Positions 19,370 to 29,222 of a stretch of DNA of 43,084 nucleotides are shown here, piece by piece. Origin of the DNA: Candidatus Poribacteria bacterium (GTDB lineage: Bacteria > Poribacteria > WGA-4E > UBA9662). Made by a program: the position numbers and the translations under genes. The stretch lies in assembly GCA_036339735.1 (NCBI GenBank), contig JAYZAL010000072.1:1-43084 (forward strand), written 5' to 3'. Each line of letters opens with the position of its first letter. The stretch's first letter is position 1. Under the pieces are notes generated by a model that saw only the letters and a program-made list of their open reading frames with translations, was not told the DNA's origin and ran no database searches.

Positions 19370-21736
19370 CTAAGAACGGTCCAGCCGGATTCCATTCTCA
19401 GTTAATATTAGACGAGCCGAAAACGGATTTCCTTGCTTAGGTGTGAATCCTTTTAACACCGAAGTTTCACCTTTTTCAAGTAAGGTTTTAACTGATCGCT
19501 GATTGATTTTCTTACCAGCAATAGTTTTAGGTACTTTCAACTTGCACTGCTGGCAGCGATAAACCTCATCGTATACCTTGACCTCCGATTGACATTTTGG
19601 GCAGATTAGGTTGTAATTAGTATTTTTTCCCTTTCGGGTGTTTAATTGTATCGATGATGGCTTTGTTTTTTTGCGCCCTTTGTAATTCCCGGGGCCTTGT
19701 AGCTCTTTTTTGGGGACCGGTAAATCCATCAGATGACCATCAGTGGAAAGATAAAGAATAAACTGTTTTTGCTGCTCATCAGTATATGGTTGGAGTAGGA
19801 CACCGTGTTGGAGCAGAATCTGAGCTTGTCGTTCTGAAAGTTTTATGTCTTTGTAACTGTCCCACAGTACAAATTGACATCCATTTCGCCAGTCAGCACA
19901 ACCGTAGCCTTTCTTGCCACGAATTACTTTAGCTCCACACTTGGGACAGCTAGAAGATTTTGCCCAATCTAAGTCTCTCAGATTACTGGTTTCGATCAGT
20001 TGTTGTGTGAAATTAATCACCTCTTCCATAAATTGATCGGCATTATATTCGCCTTTCTCTATGGCTTTGAGTTTACCCTCCCATTCCCCTGTAAGATCAG
20101 GGGACTTCAGGTTAGGGTCTTTAACCAAAGCGATAAGATACCGACCAAGGTCAGTAGCAACAATTCGTTTTTTGTCTCGTGCTATATATCCTCTCCTGAT
20201 TAGCGTTTCGATGATTTCGCCTCGTGTGGCAGGTGTACCAATACCTCTTTCTTTTAGAGCATCTTTAAGTTGCTCGTCTTCAATCATCCTACCCGCAGTT
20301 TCCATTGCACCCAATAACGAATTTTCGGTGTAGTAGCGAGGTGGAGTCGTTTGGCCAGCTCTAATAGAAGGGTAGTGAGAACCTGATTCTTCAGATTCAA
20401 ATTTGGGCAAGATTTGTTCTTCTTCTTTGTCTGTAGTGCCCGCTTGCGGGTAGAGCACTGTCCAACCAGCAGATACAATTTGTGTCCCCTTAGCTTGGAA
20501 TTTTACTTCGTTAGCTTCACCTTCGACAGTGGTGATTTGCTTAATACACTTAGGATAGAACACAGCAATGGTACGTATCAGAACAGAATCAAATACCCTA
20601 GACTCCGACGTTGAAAGTCCTTTAGTAGTACGCCCTGTTGGTATAATAGCATGGTGATCGGTTACCTTTTTATCATTGACGATACGAGAATTGAAGCCTA
20701 AATTATCCAAATCGAGAGCTGAAATTTCTTTTTCTTTATTTGTTCTTAGTTTACGTAGAGCATTGGCAACGTCACTTTTCATGTCATTACTAAGATATTG
20801 AGAGTCAGTTCGTGGATAAGTCAGTAGTTTCTTCTCATATAACGATTGTGCTACTTCTAGTGTCTGGGCTGCTGACATATTGTAGAGGCGGTTCATATCC
20901 CGTTGAAGACTAGTTAAATCATAAAGTAGTGGGGGATTGACTGATTGTCGTTTGCCTTCTATTTTAACAATCCTGAACGGGTGTCCTTCAGTTCGAGATT
21001 TCAGCTTCTCTGCCTCATCTTTTTGGTGGAATCGTTGGCCTTTGTATTTGAAAGTGACTTTTCGATACTTAGTTGTCAATTCCCAAAAAGGTTGTGGTTG
21101 GAAATTGCGAATTTGATCATCCCTTTTAACAATCATGGCCAGAACTGGAGTTTGTACCCGGCCAACGCTCCACAAAATTCTTTCAGAGCCCCCATAACGA
21201 ACAGTAAAATTTCGAGTCCCATTAAGGCCAACAATCCAATCTGATTCATGTCGGCACTTGGCTGCGGCAAATAAGGAGTCATACTGGTGCCCTGCTCGCA
21301 AATTCCGAAATCCATTTTGAATTGCTTCTTCGGTCAATGAACTTAGCCAAAGTCGCTGAAATGGACGGCCTTCACAACCAGCCATCTGATAGATATAACG
21401 AAAAATTAGCTCTCCTTCTCGTCCTGCATCCGTAGCACAAATTACTCCTTTAGCTTGTCTTAATAGTTTCTTTATAGTCGAAAATTGCTTTGATACACCG
21501 CTATTATCGATCAGTTTCAGTTGAAACTGATTGGGAATAATAGGCAAAGTACTAAGAGACCAACGCTTAAAGCTTGAGTCATAAGCAACTGGTTCTTTTA
21601 GAGAAAAGAGATGGCCAAATGACCATGTCACCTGATAACCACTACCCTCGAAATATCCATCTCGTTTAGATTTAGCCTGAAGGACACTAGCAATATCTCG
21701 AGCTACTGATGGTTTCTCTGCTAACACGACTTTCAT
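19370..21736 (-). CDS. topB: DNA topoisomerase III (type IA)
   Basis: AEKPSVARDIA, ATDAGREGELIF, SVGRVQTP, TYPRTDS (catalytic Tyr), DHHAIIPT, GIGTPATR; C-terminal Cys4 zinc ribbons. Confidence 0.9.
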   Translation of the reverse strand: MKVVLAEKPSVARDIASVLQAKSKRDGYFEGSGYQVTWSFGHLFSLKEPVAYDSSFKRWSLSTLPIIPNQFQLKLIDNSGVSKQFSTIKKLLRQAKGVICATDAGREGELIFRYIYQMAGCEGRPFQRLWLSSLTEEAIQNGFRNLRAGHQYDSLFAAAKCRHESDWIVGLNGTRNFTVRYGGSERILWSVGRVQTPVLAMIVKRDDQIRNFQPQPFWELTTKYRKVTFKYKGQRFHQKDEAEKLKSRTEGHPFRIVKIEGKRQSVNPPLLYDLTSLQRDMNRLYNMSAAQTLEVAQSLYEKKLLTYPRTDSQYLSNDMKSDVANALRKLRTNKEKEISALDLDNLGFNSRIVNDKKVTDHHAIIPTGRTTKGLSTSESRVFDSVLIRTIAVFYPKCIKQITTVEGEANEVKFQAKGTQIVSAGWTVLYPQAGTTDKEEEQILPKFESEESGSHYPSIRAGQTTPPRYYTENSLLGAMETAGRMIEDEQLKDALKERGIGTPATRGEIIETLIRRGYIARDKKRIVATDLGRYLIALVKDPNLKSPDLTGEWEGKLKAIEKGEYNADQFMEEVINFTQQLIETSNLRDLDWAKSSSCPKCGAKVIRGKKGYGCADWRNGCQFVLWDSYKDIKLSERQAQILLQHGVLLQPYTDEQQKQFILYLSTDGHLMDLPVPKKELQGPGNYKGRKKTKPSSIQLNTRKGKNTNYNLICPKCQSEVKVYDEVYRCQQCKLKVPKTIAGKKINQRSVKTLLEKGETSVLKGFTPKQGNPFSARLILTENGIRLDRS

Positions 21737-21808
21737 AAGAAATAGCTAAAGTAGATTAAAGATATATTCGTTATTTTACTTAGGTGGGCATGAAAGCTAG
21801 TAGTGTTC

Positions 21809-22852
21809 TTATCGACTAATACGAACACTACCCGCTTGCATGGCTTTTTGGGTTTCTTCTAAGCTTGCCCAATTGAAATCTCCAGGAAATGTGTGAGCTA
21901 TTGCTGAGTAAGCACCTGCAAAATCGACAGTTTCTTGTGGTGACTTGTCTTGTAGCAGGCTATAAATCAATCCTGCGGCAAAACTGTCACCTCCACCAAC
22001 TCGGTCAACCAATTCTAGATCTTCGTAAATTCGAGATAAATAAAAGTCATTACCATCGAATAAGAGAGTACGCCAATCGTTTAGCCAACCAGTTTTCGCA
22101 TCTCGCAGCGTTGTACCAATTTTTTCAACATTAGTGTAATCGTTTATTACTCGACTAACTACCTGTTTGTAGCTCTCTGGGTCCAATTTGGCGAAATCAC
22201 CTGTCGTCCCCTCAGCTTTATAACCCAAGGATTTTTCAAAATCTTCCTCGTTTCCAATCAGGACCGTAACATAGCGAACGAGCTCACGATTGACTTTCTG
22301 AGCCTCCTCAGAGGTCCAAAGTTTCGAACGAAAATTGAGATCGTAGCTAGTATTCAATCCACTATCTCTAGCTGCTTGCAAAGCTTCTGCACAAACAGCT
22401 GCGACTGACTCAGACAGAGCAGGAGTTATACCACTCAAATGGAACCAGTGAGCATTTTTAAATACATGACCCCAGTTTATTTCACCAACCTTCATGTTAG
22501 AGATAGCAGTATAACCTCGATCATAAGTAACACTCGCAGCACGTGGGCCGGCACCGAGTTCTAGGTGATAAAAACCATTGCGTTCACGTCCAACACCGTC
22601 AAATTCTGTCCAAACGACTTGTGATACATCAACTCCAAGTTCACGTCCTTTATTTTGGATGAATCGACCAGACCAGTTATTGACTAGTCGGGACAGCCAA
22701 GCGGTTTTTAAACCTAGGTTGGAAGCATTAACGGCTACATTGAGTTCAGCACCACCAGCGGTCATGTTGAGTGTAGTGGATTGTTCTAAACGCATAAAAT
22801 CAGGTGGAGCTAAACGAACCATAGCCTCACCAAAGGTTACCAGATCAAACAT
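21809..22852 (-). CDS. kdgK: PfkB-family sugar kinase, 2-keto-3-deoxygluconate kinase-like
   Basis: TFGEAMVRL, GGAELNVA, HLSGITPAL, DLNFRSKLW, DRVGGGDSF; located next to uxaE. Confidence 0.8.
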   Translation of the reverse strand: MFDLVTFGEAMVRLAPPDFMRLEQSTTLNMTAGGAELNVAVNASNLGLKTAWLSRLVNNWSGRFIQNKGRELGVDVSQVVWTEFDGVGRERNGFYHLELGAGPRAASVTYDRGYTAISNMKVGEINWGHVFKNAHWFHLSGITPALSESVAAVCAEALQAARDSGLNTSYDLNFRSKLWTSEEAQKVNRELVRYVTVLIGNEEDFEKSLGYKAEGTTGDFAKLDPESYKQVVSRVINDYTNVEKIGTTLRDAKTGWLNDWRTLLFDGNDFYLSRIYEDLELVDRVGGGDSFAAGLIYSLLQDKSPQETVDFAGAYSAIAHTFPGDFNWASLEETQKAMQAGSVRISR

Positions 22853-22892
22853 AATGGATGGAAACTCCTTGATATCAATAAAAATTAAAAAA

Positions 22893-23921
22893 TTAATCGT
22901 CCAAAGAAACTACTGCTTTTATGGTGTGAGATTCAGGTTTTAACCAATTTGGAAAAGCCGAAATCATTTCCCGAAAACTGGACCGATGGGTAATCCATGG
23001 GTTAGTATCGATTTGGCCTTGCTCAACCAATTCAATAATCCGTCTAAAATCCTTAGGTGTTGAGTTGCGTGTTGCAAGCAAAGTAATTTCTCTGCGGTGA
23101 AACTCAGGATCAAAAAAGCTAATCTCAGATTGAACTAGACCTACGAAGACTAATTTCCCACCATTTGCCACATAACTGAAAGCAGTTTGCATCGATTTAG
23201 CATTTCCCGTCGCATCAAAAACGACTGTCGGAAGATCACCTCCAGTTAGTGATTTTATCTGTTTCAATGGGTCTTCTTGAGCTCTAACGGTAGCGTAAAG
23301 ACTAAAGTGTTGCTCACAGAAATCTAAGCGGTTCTGATTAACATCCATTACTAGAAGTTTTACTCCCGCTAGTTGCGCAAATTGAACCACAGACAGCCCA
23401 ATTGGGCCTGCACCAATTACTAAAACGCAATCTTCTGATTCTAGTCCTGCTCGATCGACTGCATGAGCACCAATCCCTAGAGTTTCTACGAGAGACAACT
23501 GGTCTAATGACAGCTTTTTAGATTGGTGTAATTTGGCCAAAGGGACAATAATCTGTTCTCTCATGCCGCCGTCGGTTTGGACCCCGAGTACCTGCATTTG
23601 AGTACAGCAATTAGGCTTATGACGACGACAAGCAATACAATATCCACAAGTCAAATAAGGTTCTACAGCACATGTATCTCCGGTGCGCAATTGGAATTCA
23701 TTGCTATCTGTATCGAGGATTTCTACGCCTAATTCATGACCAAGGATCCTAGGATAACTAAAGAACGGTTGGTGTCCACGATATGCATGTAGATCAGTAC
23801 CACAAATGCCAATTCGGCGCACAGCAACCAGAGCATGACCATCTGGTATTTCATCAGGAATTGATGTTTCTGTGAAGACGAAATGCTCAGGCTTCTCCAA
23901 AATAATAGTTTGCATATTCAT
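22893..23921 (-). CDS. Zinc-dependent dehydrogenase, L-galactonate 5-dehydrogenase (LgoD/YjjN)-like
   Basis: GICGTDLHAYRGHQPFFSYPRILGHE, Cys4 structural zinc site, GAGPIG, DPEFHRRE. Confidence 0.8.
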   Translation of the reverse strand: MNMQTIILEKPEHFVFTETSIPDEIPDGHALVAVRRIGICGTDLHAYRGHQPFFSYPRILGHELGVEILDTDSNEFQLRTGDTCAVEPYLTCGYCIACRRHKPNCCTQMQVLGVQTDGGMREQIIVPLAKLHQSKKLSLDQLSLVETLGIGAHAVDRAGLESEDCVLVIGAGPIGLSVVQFAQLAGVKLLVMDVNQNRLDFCEQHFSLYATVRAQEDPLKQIKSLTGGDLPTVVFDATGNAKSMQTAFSYVANGGKLVFVGLVQSEISFFDPEFHRREITLLATRNSTPKDFRRIIELVEQGQIDTNPWITHRSSFREMISAFPNWLKPESHTIKAVVSLDD

Positions 23922-23932
23922 TATTCCGAAAT

Positions 23933-25204
23933 TTATCCAACGGATAGGAGCTCAAGATGTTTACCCAGATGAGACGACAAGAATTCTTCGTGCAAGTCGG
24001 AATACTGTTCCAATGTTTCGGTTATCAGTTCTTTGAAGGGCTGGTCGTTCGGCATTTGACCTTGAGTTAAAACAGAACCAAAGGAAACATGCAAGACTTG
24101 ACGGCCATTATCTTCATCAAGGTAAGCAATTTCTCGGTCGGCAGGACTAAGAAATACAGGATCTTCTAAAACCTCCACATTCGCCGAAATATGATAGGTA
24201 GCACTATCAGTTTCAAATCGATCAATAGCATATTTAATTATCTCTAGGAATGCACGGTGATTTTGTCTTGCCACTACTCGTAAAGCCTCTAAATAACTAG
24301 TACCGGCTGTTTTAACATGTAATAAATTTTTACAAACCCGGCCTAATATTGGGTAAATACTAAATTTGTCTGATCCGCTATGAACACTGATTTTGTAGGG
24401 ACCATATTGTTGTGCGATTAAGACATGCTGGTGTAAGGTTTTTTCAAATTTTTTTAGGTCGCCTTTATAGTCAATACCTTTTTCAAATTCACCGACAAAC
24501 CGTGGAGCTAGACTGATAACCTGAACGCCTCTCCTTTGTAGTTCGAGCGCAATAAACAGGTGCTCCCAAACACTTGTAGCTGTGTCCGTTTCATCTACCG
24601 ATATTTCTAGCTCAAAAATATCAGTCTCTGATGAAACCCAATTGGCCATTTGGCAGGCATAATCCACGGCTAAACCATACTTCACAATTGATCGGAATAA
24701 ATCCTCTTGGTTCGGAGAATCAACTTCCAACTGACCCAGCAAATCGAACTTTTTATTGAGGTAAAGGTCAGTAACCTGCTGTAAAGATTCAAAGGCGCCA
24801 GCTTTTATTACCTGGTCAACTGCTGCTTGTAGATCTGTTCCGTTTAGCGAATTTGCATAATCGTTGACGTAATCAGACGGATCAATCGTAAAAAAGGTGA
24901 ACCCTGCTGCGGCCAAGTCAATAACATCTTGTCGGTTTTTTAAATGGTCTGCATCAGCTCCCCACGAATTATTCCAACCTACTTCTCGTAAACTTTTTTG
25001 TGCTGACAACATGACTTCCATTGGAGTTCGATTAGTACGTTCCATTTCTCGTACGGACTGTTGAGCAAACATAGGAACTAGATCACCCTTTCGGCTGGCT
25101 GAAACATGACCAAAGGTAGCTAACCCGATTCGGTCTCCGAAGCCGAAAGAAGGCTTTAGTCCCACTAACTGCGGCTGAGGCAGAAGATTGTCTTTTGTAT
25201 TCAT
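23933..25204 (-). CDS. uxaE: Tagaturonate/fructuronate epimerase
   Basis: SFGFGDRIGLAT, AQQSVREMERT, ADADHLK, SVHSGSDKF, HVKTAGTSYLEA. Confidence 0.9.
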   Translation of the reverse strand: MNTKDNLLPQPQLVGLKPSFGFGDRIGLATFGHVSASRKGDLVPMFAQQSVREMERTNRTPMEVMLSAQKSLREVGWNNSWGADADHLKNRQDVIDLAAAGFTFFTIDPSDYVNDYANSLNGTDLQAAVDQVIKAGAFESLQQVTDLYLNKKFDLLGQLEVDSPNQEDLFRSIVKYGLAVDYACQMANWVSSETDIFELEISVDETDTATSVWEHLFIALELQRRGVQVISLAPRFVGEFEKGIDYKGDLKKFEKTLHQHVLIAQQYGPYKISVHSGSDKFSIYPILGRVCKNLLHVKTAGTSYLEALRVVARQNHRAFLEIIKYAIDRFETDSATYHISANVEVLEDPVFLSPADREIAYLDEDNGRQVLHVSFGSVLTQGQMPNDQPFKELITETLEQYSDLHEEFLSSHLGKHLELLSVG

Positions 25205-25210
25205 AGTTTC

Positions 25211-25906
25211 CTATATAGCGTAAATTGTTGGATCAGTAACTTTTGCCTGTTCAAATCCTCTTCGTCGTAATAAACACGCATCACATTGCCCACAGTGCCT
25301 ATCGTGATTATCTGGACTATAACAGCTATGTGTTAGAGCATAATCGACATCAAGACCAATACCGGTTTTTATAATTTCAGCTTTTGTCAATCCAATCAGT
25401 GGCGTGTGAATTTGCAAATGGTGCCCTTCTACCCCAGCTTTAGTAGCCAAATTAGCCATTTCAGTATAGGCTTGTATATATTCAGGTCTACAATCAGGAT
25501 AACCTGAATAGTCTAAAGCATTAACTCCAATAAAAATGTTCCGAACTGATAAGGTCTCAGCCCAAGCCAGTGCAAATGCCAGAAAGATTGTATTGCGGGC
25601 CGGGACGTAAGTAACTGGGATTTCTTCTCTAATCTCAGCCACTGATTGCTTTTTAGGTACTGGTATGTCATCGGTTAAAGCTGAGCCTCCGAAGATACGT
25701 AGGTCTATATCAACCAGCACGTGCTTTTCAACCGATTTGATTTTAGCTAATTTTTGTGCATATTGGAGTTCTAACGTATGTCGTTGGCCATACCGAAAAC
25801 TAAGGGCGAAAACTCTATAGTTTTCTCTTTGAGCGATTGCAAGGGTCGTAGCTGAATCTAGGCCACCACTCAATAAGACAATCGCTTTTTGACTTTTCAT
25901 CTTCAC
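25211..25906 (-). CDS. queC: 7-cyano-7-deazaguanine synthase
   Basis: [33 protein letters not shown]...CGQCDAC..R; start GTG at 25906 or ATG at 25900. Confidence 0.96.
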   Translation of the reverse strand: MKMKSQKAIVLLSGGLDSATTLAIAQRENYRVFALSFRYGQRHTLELQYAQKLAKIKSVEKHVLVDIDLRIFGGSALTDDIPVPKKQSVAEIREEIPVTYVPARNTIFLAFALAWAETLSVRNIFIGVNALDYSGYPDCRPEYIQAYTEMANLATKAGVEGHHLQIHTPLIGLTKAEIIKTGIGLDVDYALTHSCYSPDNHDRHCGQCDACLLRRRGFEQAKVTDPTIYAI

Positions 25907-26721
25907 TTCAATTCATTAATGATGGACATCAACCCATCATAAGACTGACGAGTACTTTGAATTCCGTCATCACCAGGCAAACGAAAATGTGTTTCCAGCG
26001 CAACTACTCCATTATACCCATCATTTTTCAGGGCTTGTAATTCTGCATGATAATTAATTTTACCGGCGCCAACCGGACGCCAAACCCTTTTTCCATTCTC
26101 AAAATCGACATCCTTAACATGGACATGTACTACTCTATCTTTTACCCGTTTATAACCTTCTGGGCTAGGAGATCGATCACCTGCAGCATAGGCATTACCT
26201 GGATCCCAAATCAACTGCAGGTTGGATGAATCGAAATGCGCAAAAAGCTTTTCTAAATCTTGGCTAGTGCCGATATTGCCAGAACTTACATTTTCAAAAC
26301 CAAGTATAATACCTTCCCTTTCTGCAATACGAATGGGCAATTCCATCTTCTCAAAAATCTTCTTCCATGCTTCCTCACTAATCTGATCAAGTTTCCAAAA
26401 AGAAAATAAGCGAACCATGTTGGTATTAAAAAGGCGGGCAACTTCAATTGACCGATGAAGGTGAGAAATATGATCATCATACTCTTGATCATCGTCAAGA
26501 TTACAACGCAGGGTGAGAGAATCAATACCTGTTACTGTCAGTCCACTGGATCGAACGATCGAAATTACTTTACTCAGGGTAGAAGACTCAACATCACATA
26601 TGTTCTGTCCCCAAACGCTGTGAAGCTCGATATACTCTAGCCCCCAAGATTGAGCAGCCTCAACTGCTGCGACCAAGTCTTGGCTAATTTCGTCTGTAAC
26701 AACCCCAATTTTGAAACACAT
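25903..26721 (-). CDS. Sugar phosphate isomerase/epimerase (xylose isomerase-like TIM barrel)
   Basis: [26 protein letters not shown]; likely start ATG at 26721. Confidence 0.85.
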   Translation of the reverse strand: MCFKIGVVTDEISQDLVAAVEAAQSWGLEYIELHSVWGQNICDVESSTLSKVISIVRSSGLTVTGIDSLTLRCNLDDDQEYDDHISHLHRSIEVARLFNTNMVRLFSFWKLDQISEEAWKKIFEKMELPIRIAEREGIILGFENVSSGNIGTSQDLEKLFAHFDSSNLQLIWDPGNAYAAGDRSPSPEGYKRVKDRVVHVHVKDVDFENGKRVWRPVGAGKINYHAELQALKNDGYNGVVALETHFRLPGDDGIQSTRQSYDGLMSIINELK

Positions 26722-26740
26722 TTTACTATTTCCTTTCGGC

Positions 26741-27403
26741 CTATTGCTTCCAATTGTAAGCAAGTCTTGGCCGTTCTGTCACATTTTTACTACCAGAGTG
26801 TGCACAAAACACATCGTAAAATAAAACATCACCTCTGCTCGGCGTTACTTCGATTGGTTCTTTCAGGTCTAGTTGACGAATATCGCCGTTTAGTACCCAC
26901 ATGTACTCGTACCTTTTCGGGTCGCTTTCCGCTAACGCCCGGATTTGATGGTGGGATTCTGGCCATACAATGGTTCCACCACCATGCAACCCTACGTCAC
27001 TATGAAATATCATAGCTGCAATTCGAAAAGCACGTGGGAAAGTCTTATGACCGTGTGCCTTGATCGCATGGTCTATGTGTGGGCTAGGCCAACTCCACTG
27101 ACCAGTTGAAGGAAAAGTATGCAAACCAAAAACCTTATTCGGTTTACGGAAAGAACTGGGATCGTCCCCAGCTAGTTGGGCTGCAGCTAGTAAGAACTCT
27201 TCTGTGTAGCAAGCAAGTGAATCTGGGTGATCTGATTCCTCTAGAACGGCTTTTGTCCAATCCGGATTCTGACGATCAATACCGAATTGTAACCAAATCC
27301 GTTCTTCAATTTTCTGAGAAATATCCTCTGGTATCAAGCCCGATACTAATAAATAGCCGTTTTGGAAATATCGTCCGACTTGAGTGTCTGATAGAATATA
27401 CAT
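26741..27403 (-). CDS. Phytanoyl-CoA dioxygenase (PhyH)-family 2OG-Fe(II) oxygenase
   Basis: FQNGYL, H-I-D plus distal H (CAHSGS), GGT.VWP.SH, GDVL, C-terminal R. Confidence 0.8.
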   Translation of the reverse strand: MYILSDTQVGRYFQNGYLLVSGLIPEDISQKIEERIWLQFGIDRQNPDWTKAVLEESDHPDSLACYTEEFLLAAAQLAGDDPSSFRKPNKVFGLHTFPSTGQWSWPSPHIDHAIKAHGHKTFPRAFRIAAMIFHSDVGLHGGGTIVWPESHHQIRALAESDPKRYEYMWVLNGDIRQLDLKEPIEVTPSRGDVLFYDVFCAHSGSKNVTERPRLAYNWKQ

Positions 27404-27511
27404 TGGCTTCAGTGTTTAGCGTATCAATTAGACGACTGCTAACTCCTTGGGGTTTTCTAAGCTTATTTTCGGTTGACCTGTGCCCAGTAAAGACACCATT
27501 CCAAATTATGT

Positions 27512-28510
27512 TTATGGGATTTCGACTGTTTGGAAAATCGTCTGGATAATTTTTTCAGAATCAATCTCTCTTGCTTCGGCCTGGTAACTAACTATAATTC
27601 GATGACGCAGTACATCTTTTCCAACAGCGTGAACATCTTCAGGTGTAACATAGCCTCGGTGTTTCATAAATGCATGTGCTTTCGACGCAATAGCTAACGA
27701 GATCGTCGCACGGGGTGAGGCGCCATATTCGATCAAGTCGGCGTGATCGACCAAACCGTATTTGGCAGGATTTCGACTTGCACATACCAAATCAACAATA
27801 TAGTTTTCAATTTTACTATCCATGTAAATTTGACGCACAACCGTTCGCAACTGAATAATCCTTTCTGGCTGGATAACTGGAACAATATTTTTATCACCTG
27901 ATTGGGATGACTTTCTTAAAATCTCGAGTTCTTCCTGTCGGTTGGGATAATCTAAGTACAGCTTGAACATGAACCGGTCTACTTGTGCCTCTGGTAGTGC
28001 ATACGTACCTTCTTGATCAATTGGATTTTGGGTAGCTAAAACCAAAAAGGGATCCTCCAATTTGAATGTTTTGTCCCCGATTGTCACTTGCCTTTCTTGC
28101 ATGGCTTCCAAAAGTGCAGATTGCACCTTGGCCGGAGCTCGGTTAATTTCATCAGCCAAGATAATGTTAGCAAATATGGGACCACGCTTAACATAGAAGT
28201 CGGATTTTTGTGGATTGTAGATCAAAGTACCAATTAGGTCAGCCGGTAATAAATCGGGTGTGAATTGAATTCGATTGAAAGTGGTAGAAATAGCCGCTGC
28301 CAACGATTGAACTGAGGTCGTTTTTGCCAATCCCGGGACACCTTCTAAAAGAATATGACCATTGCAAAGCAGACCGATTACTAAGCGCTCAATCATATAC
28401 TTTTGGCCAACGATCACCTTACTAATTTCGGTTATGAGCTGATCAGCAAAAGAACTCTCGTTCTTAATTCTTTCGGTGAGGGCATTAAGTTCTGCTCGTT
28501 GCATAAGCAA
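27512..28510 (-). CDS. MoxR-family AAA+ ATPase
   Basis: HILLEGVPGLAKT, RIQFTPDLLPAD, ADEINRAPAKVQSALLEAMQE, ATQNP, GASPRA. Confidence 0.95.
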   Translation of the reverse strand: MLMQRAELNALTERIKNESSFADQLITEISKVIVGQKYMIERLVIGLLCNGHILLEGVPGLAKTTSVQSLAAAISTTFNRIQFTPDLLPADLIGTLIYNPQKSDFYVKRGPIFANIILADEINRAPAKVQSALLEAMQERQVTIGDKTFKLEDPFLVLATQNPIDQEGTYALPEAQVDRFMFKLYLDYPNRQEELEILRKSSQSGDKNIVPVIQPERIIQLRTVVRQIYMDSKIENYIVDLVCASRNPAKYGLVDHADLIEYGASPRATISLAIASKAHAFMKHRGYVTPEDVHAVGKDVLRHRIIVSYQAEAREIDSEKIIQTIFQTVEIP

Positions 28511-28535
28511 AAATCAGGAATATAGTAGCCATAGG

Positions 28536-29222
28536 TTAGAAATTATACGAGCAAATTAAGCGATCTGTTTGCTCAATTAGCGATTTACTATTTTGGTAGA
28601 TATTCTCTAGGTCAGTTTGGGTGGGGCAATGATTAGAAAATTCGATCATATCACACATCCTCAATATTTCACCAGTGTGATCTATAATGGACTCAGGTAA
28701 TCTATTCAGAAATTGAGAGGTAGAAGAGTTAGATACTTGGAAGCCGAAATAATCGTTTAGATAAGCCCTTACTGTATCTGAAATTAGGCCACAATATCCA
28801 ACATAGTTTTCGTCTTCTTTTAGCTGCAGTGCTTGTTCTAGATTTTTCAGGGCTACAAGTGCAGGCAACTTTAATGACTCGTGAGTCTCCATACTTGTCG
28901 CTGATAATTTAGCTTGCTTAACATCAGCGACCTGATTATCCAGCAGCAATTGATAGTCAGTATGATCGGGAAAAACGCCCTGTACTCCCAAGTGTAGTTG
29001 CGAAAGGTCTTGCGAGGTTTTTGTGGACCTGTAGGGGCGTGAACTCATCATTTTCTTTTTAAGTAAAACCCACAGCCCGATTATAACTCCAATGGAAATT
29101 GCGACGAAACTACCATTTAGAACTATATCAGTTAGATTCACTGGCAGTGATTCGGATTTAGTCGCAGTTGGGCTATGAGTAACAGCAGTTCCACTGACAC
29201 TCGGAATTAAAAAGTCGCTCAA
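28536..29222 (-). CDS. Single-pass membrane protein resembling Bat/MoxR-operon accessory proteins
   Basis: One TM helix followed by KKK; C-terminal ISDTVRAYL...S.S.FL...CDMIEFS...P pattern; adjacent to moxR. Confidence 0.55.
   Translation of the reverse strand: MSDFLIPSVSGTAVTHSPTATKSESLPVNLTDIVLNGSFVAISIGVIIGLWVLLKKKMMSSRPYRSTKTSQDLSQLHLGVQGVFPDHTDYQLLLDNQVADVKQAKLSATSMETHESLKLPALVALKNLEQALQLKEDENYVGYCGLISDTVRAYLNDYFGFQVSNSSTSQFLNRLPESIIDHTGEILRMCDMIEFSNHCPTQTDLENIYQNSKSLIEQTDRLICSYNF

Noticed and set aside
19370-21736. topB as a marker of an ICE or plasmid
   Set aside because: No integrase, relaxase or T4SS genes; neighbours are metabolic
25211-25906. QueC as part of an anti-phage or DNA-modification system (Qat, Dpd, type IV CBASS) or under a preQ1 riboswitch
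   Set aside because: Canonical QueC length and motifs, no partner genes, and no leader space because it abuts the upstream stop
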